A stretch of 43,949 nt of DNA, from contig NW_019091360.1 in the NCBI RefSeq assembly GCF_001949145.1, positions 3,594,864-3,638,812 of the forward strand. Direction: 5' to 3'. Below the pieces are notes generated by a model. The model did not search any database and was not told where the DNA came from. It saw only the letters and a program-made list of their open reading frames with translations. Within the stretch, counting starts at the first letter, position 1; each line of letters begins with the position of its first letter. The stretch comes from Acanthaster planci (taxonomy: Eukaryota). Below are positions 34,001 through 43,949 of this stretch, piece by piece. The position numbers were made by a program, and so were the translations under genes.

Positions 34001-37000
34001 GGTCAGTTGTGCAAAGACTTGCTCCAGCTGAAGAGCAAATTGAAAAGTATCGTCCCTTGGATGTTGAGGATGTACTTGTAAGTGCCCAAGAGGAACGAAC
34101 TCTTACTCCTGATCATGAACAGATTGTTCATCCTAGGGCTCCTGGGGAAAGTCTACCAGTTTCTAAAAAACTGCAGCCAGTCTTTCCACTGACGAAACAT
34201 CCATCGCCAGACCAGAGAGAAGAGACACAAATAGTTGTTGATCGTCCTGGACAGCCATTGATGCCAGTGGAATTTATCGTCGATGTTCCAAGGGATGTGG
34301 AAGAAACAAGAACAGTTCCTGAAACTGTTGAAACTGTAGTTGAGGAGATGACACCAGAACAGCATGAGATCACAGAGGTTGTAATTGATAGACGTCAACA
34401 GCAACCACAGCCAGTTGGACTACTGGTCGGAGTAAAAGAAGAGCAACAGCAATATCCCAAATGGGCTGCACCGAAACGAGAACCCAAGAGACCTCAGAAA
34501 GTAGCTCCCAAACCTTTGGTACCAGAGCAACCTAAACCTGAATTTGAACAAGTGATTATGCCTGCCACCAAAGAAGAAGTCAAGGAAGAAGCTCCCCTCC
34601 AACCTGCTGTCCAACAGCCTCAGGTCATAAAGCCTGCTGAAAAGAAATCTCAGAAAGCTGAACCTGTCACAATTTCAGAGGAACCAGTGCAGAAAGTGGA
34701 ACCTCCCAAAATCTTGAAACCATTAAACAATGTGGATGTTTATGTTGGAGAAGAAGCTAGACTGGAATGCAGGGTAAGTGGAGAATCACCTCTCACCATT
34801 CAGTGGTTTAGAGATGACATTCCTGCTGAGGGAGACAGATACTTTTCATCTGTGGAAAATGATGGTACGTGCATCCTGATTATCAGTCCTGTTTCTGATG
34901 ATGATGACACTGACTTCAGATGTGTCATCACAAATCCTGGTGGGAAGGTGTTTACAAAAGCTGAAGTCTATGTTATGGAAAAACCAAAACCCTCAGAAGT
35001 TACAGAAACATTGGTTCAACCAACAAAACCTGCTGAAGTTGAACTTGTCATCAGTGAAGATGACAAACAGTCTGAGAGAACAGACATACTGGTAGAAAGG
35101 GAAGGTCGGCCCCTTGAGCCAGTTGAGTTTGTTGTTGATGTCAGTGAAAGATCCCCTGGACGTCAACCAGAGTATGCAGAATTGGTCATGCCTGAGCCCC
35201 AGGCACCAGTGGAAGAGCCAAGCATGCCAGCTTTGGAGCCTCAACCTGCGCCAGAATATGAGCACATGATAATGCCAGAAATGCCAGAGAGAGTAGATGT
35301 TGTTCCGAGACAGGTTGCTGTTAAACATCCTGTTCCCAGTGTCTCTGAAAAACCTCAGAAATTAATGCCAGACAAGCTCAAACCAGTGCAGGCTGTTCCA
35401 CAAAAGGTTCCTGAAGAAGAGGTAGTCCCTCAAATTGAACCTCCAAAAATCCTCAAGAAATTAAAAAATGTGGATGTGCCCATGGGGGGTGAAGCACGTC
35501 TGGAATGCAAAGTTGTTGGTCAACCACCACTCACAGTAGAGTGGTTCAGAGATGGTATTCCTGTGGAAGGCAATCGCTACACCTCAGTTCTTGAGATAGA
35601 CAGTACTTGTGTGCTTATTATCAGCCCAGTGGTTGATGATGACGACACTGAATTTGAATGCCGAGTGACAAATCCAGGTGGCACAGTGACTTCAATTGCA
35701 GAGGTTTATGTGATGGAGGAGCTGCCTGAACGTGTACAAGTTCAGATTCATAGACAACCTGAATCCTTTGAAGAAGTTCAGCTAGTTATAAGCGAGACTG
35801 AGGATGTTCCCGACAGATACAGAACAGACATACTCATTGAGAAGGAACCAAAGCCTCTACAGCCTGTCGAATTTGTTGTGGATGTTGGAAAAAGACCACA
35901 GGAAACAGTTGAAGAGGTTGTCCAGACGGTTAGAGAAACTGTAAAAGAGACTGTGACTTCAGTTGAAGAGACAGATGAAGAGAAACCTTTAACAAGACAG
36001 ACTGCTGAAGTAACCATTGAAAGGAAAACAAAACCACTTCCTCCAGAATATGCAGAGTTGGTGATTCCTCAAGGGGAGCCTCAGCCAGAGTTTGAGGTTA
36101 TAATAATGCCTCATGAAGAACCAGAGAGGTATTTATCAGAGGAAGAGGTGTCTGAACAAGCGAGCATAACAATTGAAACAAAACCTGAAAAGCCTCAGCC
36201 AGTTGAGCTTGTCATTGAAGCAGCTAAGAAACCTGAAGAAGTGCAAACAGAAGTTATAAGAACTGTGACAGAAACTGTGACCACAGTTATTGAAACAGAT
36301 GAAGAAGAGATTCCAGAGAAACGAGAGACAACAGAGGTCACTGTTGAACGGAAAGCTCAACCCCTGAAGCCTGTTGAAATTACATTTGAGAAACTGAGAG
36401 GGCCAGCTGGGATAACTGAAAGACAGCCAGAATATGCAGAACTGGTAATGCCTGAGGAAGAACGTCGGCCTGAATTTGAGGTTATAGTTATGCCTCATGA
36501 GGAGTCTGAAGAGGAAGTTTCTGAGCAAACAAGCATCAATATTGAAAACAAACCTGGTCATCTCCAACCAGTTGAGCTTATCATTGACTCTGGAAAGAAA
36601 CCTGAAGAATCATTAATGGAAGTAACAAGGACGGTGACAGAAACTGTTATTGAAGAAGTGACTGAAACCGTTACAGCAATTGTTACTGAAGAAGAACCCC
36701 AGGAATTTCCAGAATTTGAAGTCATTGTGATGCCTGGAGAAAAACCAGAAGAGTTGCTGCGAAAAACTATTGAAACAGGAACTGAAACTGTGTCTGAAGT
36801 TGTAGAAACTGTTACAGATGAAGACATCTCTGAATCTGTTGAGGTAGTGATTCAGCCTGAATATGAGGAACTCATCATTCCATCTACTCCTGAGGAGTTA
36901 GTGCATGAAGTACCCGAGGTTGAAAAACATAAACCCCTAAGAGAGGCCTATCCAGAAAAAGTTGATGAATTTCCGGAAGAAATTCCTGTTGTCAAAACTG

Positions 37001-40000
37001 TTTCAGAGCATGCAGTGCCTGAAAAGGTTCCTGAGGAGGAAACTGTGACAGAAATCACACCACCGCAGATACTCAAAAACTTGACCAGTGTTGAAGTGCC
37101 AGTTGGAGAAGATGCCCGACTGGAATGCCAAATTATTGGTCAACCGCGACCAGATGTGCAGTGGTTAAGCAATGGAAAGCCAGTTCAGGGTGATCGTTTC
37201 ATTTCCATATGTGAAATAGATGGAACCAACCTACTCTTGATAAGCCCTGTGGTGGAAGAAGACGACAAAGAGTTCGAATGCCGTGCTACTAATCCTGAGG
37301 GCACTATCTCTTCTTACGCAGATGTCTATGTCTTAGATAAGCAAAAACGGGTTGAAGTTGAAATAACTGAGAAACCCGAGCACTTTCCACCTGTTGAGCT
37401 TGAAATAGCTCCGGAAGAGGAAAGTGTTGAAGAAACTAGTGAGAGAACAGAGGTAGTCATTGATAAACCACCCAAACCACTTCCAACAGTTACTCTGGAT
37501 ATATACACAAGTCAACATAAAACAGTAACTGAAATGGATGAAACAGTTACTGGAACTTTTGAGACAGTGAAGAAAGAGGAAATTCCAGAACATTCTGAAA
37601 TTGTCAAAACAACAGAAGTTGTCATTGATAAAGAACGACCTCAGCCGGAAGAAGTTGAACAGCCAGAGTTTAAGGAAATTGTGATGCCATCAGAAGAAGT
37701 CACTGTTGAAATAACACCAAAAGAAGAGGTTCCAGAAGAACTTGTTGAATATGAAGTTCTTGAAATGCCCAAGGAGGTTTCATCCGAAGAGGAATCATTC
37801 GAAGAAGTGTCTGAACAGACAAGTGTAACTATCGAGAAAAAGCCTGAGCCTCTTCAGCCAGTGGAACTCATTGTAGAAGTTGAAGAGCAGCCCAAAGAAA
37901 CACTGACGGAAGTTGTTGTAACTGAGACAGTCACAACTGTGGTTGAGGAAGAGGCAGCTCCAGACTCACGTGAGAGCATTGAGGTTGTAATTGAACAAGA
38001 GAAGGCACCTCTTCAACCAGTGGAAATGGTCATCGATGTCCCGAAACAGCCAAGAGGACCTGCTGAAGTTTTACCTGAGAAGGAACAGCCGGAGGAGGTG
38101 CCAGCAGAAAAACTGGAGAGACCACATTTTGTTAAGCCAGAGTTGACAGAGGAGAAACCAGCAATAGAGAAGCTCTATCCAGAAGAGCTGGAGGCAACAG
38201 TTATGACAGAGCTCCCTGACACACTCACACCGGAATCCACCGTGCCTGTTGAGGCAATTCCACAAGAGGTACCTTTGGAGGAAACTGTGGAACAAGTTGT
38301 TCGACCCATTGTTTTGAAAGACTTGAGCGATGTTGATGTACCACTTGGTGGAGATGCTAGACTTGAATGTCAAATTATTGGCCAGCCTAGTCCTAAGATT
38401 GAATGGCTACGAGGAGGTCAACCTGTGCAAGGTGATCGTTTTATCTCTGTTTGTGAACTTGATGGTACAAATGTTTTAATCATCAGTCCTGTTGAAGAAG
38501 AGGATGATGCTGAATTTGAATGTCGTGCTACTAATCTGGAGGGGACAGTTTCATCTTATGCAGATGTGTATGTGTCAGACAAACCAGAAACTGTAGAGGT
38601 CTCAGAGATTCAACCTGAGCAAGTGGTTCCAGTTGAAGTGGAAGTACCTTCAGATGAAAAGAAATCTGAGACTGTAGAAGTTATCATTGATCGAGAACAA
38701 CCTCAACCCGAAGAAGTTGAACTTATCATTGAACAGCCAGAGTTTAAGGAAATTGTGATGCCATCAGAAGTCACTGTAGNNNNNNNNNNNNNNNNNNNNN
38801 NNNNNNNNNNNNNNNNNNNNNNNNNNNNNNNNNNNNNNNNNNNNNNNNNNNNNNNNNNNNNNNNNNNNNNNNNNNNNNNNNNNNNNNNNNNNNNNNNNNN
38901 NNNNNNNNNNNNNNNNNNNNNNNNNNNNNNNNNNNNNNNNNNNNNNNNNNNNNNNNNNNNNNNNNNNNNNNNNNNNNNNNNNNNNNNNNNNNNNNNNNNN
39001 NNNNNNNNNNNNNNNNNNNNNNNNNNNNNNNNNNNNNNNNNNNNNNNNNNNNNNNNNNNNNNNNNNNNNNNNNNNNNNNNNNNNNNNNNNNNNNNNNNNN
39101 NNNNNNNNNNNNNNNNNNNNNNNNNNNNNNNNNNNNNNNNNNNNNNNNNNNNNNNNNNNNNNNNNNNNNNNNNNNNNNNNNNNNNNNNNAGACCTGCTGA
39201 AGTTTTACCTGAGAAGGAACAGCCTGAGGAGGTGCCAGCAGAAAAACTGGAAAGACCACGTTTTGCTAAGCCAGAGTTGACAGAGAAGAAACCAGCATCA
39301 GAGAAGCTCTATCCAGAAGAGCTGGAGGCAACAGTTATGACAGAGCTCCCTGACACACTCACACCGGAATCCACTTTGCCAGTTGAGGCAATTCCACAAG
39401 AGGTACCTTTGGAGGAAACTGCGGAACAAGTTGTTCGACCCATTGTTTTGAACGACTTGAGCGATGTCGATGTACCACTTGGTGGTGATGCTAGACTTGA
39501 ATGTCAAATTATTGGCCAGCCTAGTCCTAAGATTGAATGGCTACGAGGAGGTCAACCTGTGCAAGGTGATCGTTTTATCTCTGTTTGTGAACTTGATGGT
39601 ACAAATGTTTTAATCATCAGTCCTGTTGAAGAAGAGGATGATGCTGAATTTGAGTGTCGTGCTACCAATCTGGAGGGGACAGTTTCATCTTATGCAGATG
39701 TGTATGTGTCAGACAAACCAGAAACTGTAGAGGTTGCAGAGATCAAACCTGAGCAAGTGGTTCCAGCTGAAAGGGAGATTTCTCCAGTTGACAAAGAAAC
39801 AGCAGAAGTTGTTATTGAAAGGATGCCACAGCCCTTTCAACAGGTTGAGATAGTCCTAGATGTTGAAACACCACAAGCCATTTCTGAAGTCACCAAGACC
39901 ATTCCAACAGTAGAGACCTTGGGAGAGCAACCTGATGTCCAAGACACTACAGAAATTGTTATTGAGAGAGATCAGCCCATCAAACAGAAGGAAATAATAA

Positions 40001-41335
40001 TTGAATTTGAAGAAGATAGACAGCCAGAATATGCGGAAATTGTCATGCCTGTGGAAGTTGTCCCCGGAGAGGAGCTGCCTGGAGAATATCCTGCATATGA
40101 AGTGGTAGTAATGCCAAAGGAATCCCCAGACGAAACACCAGAAGACACTGAAGTCTGTGAGAGAATGGAGATCACTATCGAAAAACACCCTGAGCCTCAA
40201 GAAATAGAGCTTGCTGTGGCAGTTGAAGAAAGGCCAGCAGTGACCGAAGCCTTTACAACTGTCGTTGAGAAAAAAGAGACTCCAGAAACAAGGGAATTGA
40301 CCGAAGTTACAATTGACAGAGAGCAGACCCCATTGCAGCCATTAGAATTTGTGATAGATGTTCAGACACAACCAACTGGACCAGCAGAAGTACCCATTGA
40401 GGAATTTGAAGTCGTTCAACCAGAGTACGGAGATGAACTGGACTTGGTGGAAGACTTTGTTGACACTGTGAGTGAAACCACACAGGTTGTTGAAGAACAT
40501 GGTCCCCAGGAGTTTCAACCTTATGAAGTTGTTCATGAGACAGTGGAAAAAAAGCCAGTTGAAGAAGTTGTCACAGAAAGAATTGAAACTGTCACTGAAA
40601 CTATAACAACTGTCACGGAGGAGCTTGAAGTTTCAGACTCAAGAGAAGTCACTGAAGTTTTAATTGACAGACAGACTGAGGAAACTCCTGAGTACCTGAC
40701 TGAAATCACAATTGAGAGGGAACAAGTACCTGAGACAAGAGAGATCACTGAAGTTGTCATTGAAAAACAGCCAGAAGAAGAACAGGTGGAAATGACTGTT
40801 ATCACAGTAGACCGACCCCATGAAGTCCATCCTGTTGAGCTTATAGTTGAAATGCAGGAGGCACCAACTACAGAGCGAACAGATCACGATGTAACCCTTC
40901 AACGTACCTTCCCTGAAGTGGCGTTTGAAATCCAACCAGAAGAGGAGGTAGAGAGACAAGAAGCTACAATTTTTGTTTCTCGGGAGGAAGAGCCACTTCA
41001 GTCCATTGAGATGGTCATTGATGTTGGTGATCAGCCAGTAGAGGAGAAGGTTACGATTGAAATTGTCAGGCATCTCACAGACATTGAGGCCACCATTGGA
41101 GATGAGGTTCGCTTTGAGTGTCAAATTATTGGCTATCCTCGACCAACCATCACTTGGTTGATTAACAAGCGACCATTGACAAGTGACAGATTCATCTCAC
41201 TGTCTGAACTTGATGGTACTTGCACACTGATACTCAGTAATGTGGTTGAGGAAGATGAAACAGTGTATGAATGTGTGGCTGAAAACCAGGCAGGCCGTGT
41301 GTCAACCCAGGCAGAACTTATCCTTTTTCATGAGG
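31061..41335 (+). CDS. TTN: Exon 35 (1-1): giant ~10.3 kb exon, nine Ig domains interspersed with PEVK-like (P/E/V/K/T/I-rich) spacers; includes an N gap
   Basis: gtgcag|ga ... gag g|gtaaga; stop-free on both sides of the gap; Igs start near 31225, 31576, 32821, 34700, 35440, 37060, 38302, 39436 and 41056; continuity across the gap is assumed. Confidence 0.88.
38780..39189. other. Assembly gap (N run) inside the giant exon
   Basis: Continuous n characters. Confidence 1.
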
Positions 41336-41486
41336 GTAAGAGACAATTTTTTGCTTTAAAAATATCACATGCTACATTTTCATTTGTCTTCACATAAAGA
41401 TCACTCATGTTTTTATCCCTATTCTTTTTCACTCTTCTGTTGTTCTGCTGGCAACCTATTGAAAAGTTTTCATATTTTTTTTTCAG

Positions 41487-43949
41487 GTGTTGATCTTCAC
41501 CCAGCCCCAACTCAGGAAGTAACAACCACTGAGGTCCTTGAAGAAGAAATTCCAGATGAGATGGGTTACATCAAGAAGATCACACGTAAGACAACCACAA
41601 CAGTAACAACAACAAGGGAGATCCAAGAAATTACAGTAGAGGAAGAGGAAGAATCATCAGAGGAGGAGCGAGATCTTGGTCTTCCTCATGAGAACATTCT
41701 GCATAAATTCATGGAATCTCTTCCAGAAGGTATCCATGAAGAACAGCCAGTTGCCTGGGATGAAGCACCCTCTAATCTGCCTGTAGAACAACCACTTCAC
41801 GTTGAAGACATTCCATCACAGCCCCTCGAAGCACCCCAACAAGAGCATCTTGTTCAATGGACCAATCCAGAAGAGGAAGACAAACCAGAAGAAGTTCCTG
41901 AACAAGCCGAGGCTGTTGCACCAGAGGCTGTCACAGCTCCTCAGAAGCGGGCTCCTGTTTCTTGGGAGAATCCTGAAGATATGCCAGAAGAAATCCATGC
42001 TGCCTCTGGACGTACACTTCCATCAGGTCCAATGATTACCCCAGCTAGAGAAGAAAACATCCCATGGGATGCACACGAAAATATCTGTCTTGATGTCAAA
42101 CCAGAGACTGGGGAGAAGAGGCCATCCATAACTGTTGAAATCCCTGGTGTGGGAGCTCATGTTGTATGGGGTGCCTCAGAAGAAATCCAACCTGAGTCTC
42201 TGTCTACCTCAAGTGAGAGGCGGCCTTCCCTTATTGTTCAAGTACCTGAAGTATCCGACACAATTTCTTGGGAATCATCTGACATGGAAATCTCACTAGA
42301 GAAAAGGGCCATTTCTGGAACTAAACTACCATCAGCACCTGTGGAGGCACCCCAAAAGACAGATGCTCTCCAGTGGGACAGACCAGAGGATATGGTAAGT
42401 CTAGAGGTTCAAGCAGTGCCAAGTGTAAGACGCCGTTCACTGACTGTTGAAGCTCCCCAAGTTTCAGATAGTCTATCTTGGGAAAGTCCAGAGGATATTA
42501 AACAACCAGACCAAAAAGCCATCAAATCAGATCAGCGACCTTCAGTTTCAGTAGAAACACCCGGAGTTGAAGAAAGTATTCCCTGGAATATTACAGAGGA
42601 TATATCTCAGCCCATGGGAGTTGCTGAAGCTGGCGATCATATGCCAACTGCACCAATGGAGGTTCCAGAAAAGCAAGAAGCAGTAGAGTGGGAAGTTCCA
42701 ATGGACGTTGAGCACATTGAAATTACGGCAGCTAAATCTGAACGTCGCCCATCCCTAATTCTTGAAACTCCAGGACAGTCGGACAGTGTCTCTTGGCAAG
42801 AAAGCCAGGATGTTTATCCAGACAAGGCCCGGCTTGGAGAAAAATTCCCTTCAGCACCCATGCAGGCTCCACAGATTGGAGAGCGAATTGCTTGGCAGAG
42901 TCCAGAAGAGTCTAAGTTTCCAGATACTACTGCCCAAGCTGAAGAAATTCCTTCAGATGTTCTTGACATGTCAGAGAAGGCACTTCTTGTTCCATGGGAA
43001 TCACCTGCAGAGGAAGCCGCTGATGAGGAAATTGAGGTCACTGTTCAAGAAATTGCAGAAGATGCTTATGAAGTTCCAACACAAGAAGAACAACTCCCAT
43101 GGCTCCACTCTGAAGAAACAACTGTTGAAGATGCAGCCGAGGCTTCTATAATAACTGCAGAGCCTATTACAGCAGCAACAAAGGAGGACTCAAGCATATC
43201 CTGGACAAAGCCTGCCGGGGCTGTTCTGGAAGAAGATCAGACAAAACATGTTGAAAGAACCCATAGAGCCCCAATGTCAGTTTCACTCAACCTTGAAGTT
43301 ACTCAGTATGATCAGCCTGAAGATGTTGAAACAGCTGACATGGCCGTGACTGCTGGTTTATTGACAGAAACCTCACTATCTGTACCAAGAAAACAGGAGC
43401 AAACGGAGTGGGAAGGGGCTGGAGATGTTTCTCCAACGAAGATTGAAGAGTCCACTCTTGTCATAACAGAGACTATTGTTGCTACTGAGAAGAGGCTTCC
43501 AGCTGAATGGGAATGTACCAGTGATACGAAACCAGTTGAAAAAGAAAAGGTCGTCATTGAACTGTCATCATTTCCATCTGAAACATCCAGGAAACAGGAG
43601 CAAGTAACATGGGAAGGAACTGAATTGGTCAAGCTGTATGACACTGATGAAGTTTCTTTGATCCCTGTGGAAGCTGTTGTTGCCCCTGAAAAGAAAGCAT
43701 TAACTGTGTGGGACAGACCTGATGACTTTGAAACAGTTGATAAAACAACTGAGGTGACAGTTGTTCCTTCAGAAGTTGTATGTGCACCAGAGAAGAAGCT
43801 TCCTGCAAAGTGGGAAGAAACTCAAAAAATTGTTGTACCCACTGAAAAGGACGAAATTGTTGAAGAACTTGCAACACTTGTTGCAGATACATCTAGGAAG
43901 GAAGAACAGATTATTTGGGAGATACCGGAAAAGGTGAAGCCTTCAGGAT
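41487..43949 (+). CDS. TTN: Exon 36 (phase 1, runs off the window): acidic region with 22 Trp-anchored 33-35 aa repeats
   Basis: Strong acceptor ttttttttttcag|gt. Manual translation GVDLHPAPTQEVTTTEVLEEEIPDEMGYIKKITRK... is stop-free to 43949; absent from the ORF track, probably because no stop is reached. Confidence 0.9.

Larger units (their letters stand above)
714..43949 (+). other. TTN: Partial multi-exon gene: titin/connectin-like (kettin/Sls-like) giant sarcomeric protein, Z-disc to I-band portion; open at both ends
   Basis: 36 exons with GT-AG boundaries and compatible phases form one frame. It encodes more than 20 I-set Ig domains (PxF...EG...F.C...G.P.P...W.K.G...D.G.Y.C.A.N..G), kettin-type SQLP linkers and PEVK-like spacers. 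Motifs recalled from titin/kettin include IKPSRYF, DGLHYLDIPK and EPxxDxTMxVEW. Confidence 0.9.

Noticed and set aside
31102..41397. 3431-aa ORF as a stand-alone single-exon gene
   Set aside because: It starts at GTG just downstream of a phase-compatible acceptor (31060) and has a donor at 41335/41336. It is an internal exon, and the tail after HEG is intron read-through.
31050..43892. Numerous minus-strand and alternate-frame ORFs over the large exons
   Set aside because: They are Ser/Phe/Leu-rich mirrors of the Glu/Val/Thr-biased sense frame, with no recognisable domains or splice structure.
1..43949. Prokaryotic or phage systems (operons, defence systems, retrons), rRNA/tRNA genes
   Set aside because: The window is explained by a spliced animal gene; I saw no such signatures.

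Overview
Eukaryotic (animal) genomic DNA with AT-rich introns and two N gaps. The whole window is an internal portion of one + strand gene for a titin/connectin-family giant muscle protein (titin/kettin/Sls-like). Neither its start nor its end is in the window. I reconstructed 36 GT-AG exons (714 to window end) whose splice phases join into one open frame. In order they encode: (i) an 'FExRL' motif plus three I-set Ig domains resembling the late Z-disc Igs of titin/kettin and the C-terminal Ig triplet of palladin; (ii) four tandem three-exon kettin-type Ig+linker cassettes; (iii) Igs resembling vertebrate titin Z/I-junction and I1, followed directly by I14/I15-like Igs; (iv) Ig/unique exons; (v) a ~10.3 kb giant exon with nine Igs separated by PEVK-like spacers; (vi) a final exon of at least 2.46 kb, missed by the ORF track, encoding 22 copies of a 33-35 aa Trp-anchored repeat I do not recognise. 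The introns hold TTAA-flanked MITE-like elements (two inverted copies flank one exon), a 21-bp minisatellite and candidate alternative terminal exons/polyA sites. The architecture suggests an invertebrate, plausibly a cephalochordate or other deuterostome; this is inference. All homology statements come from recalled sequences, not from a search.
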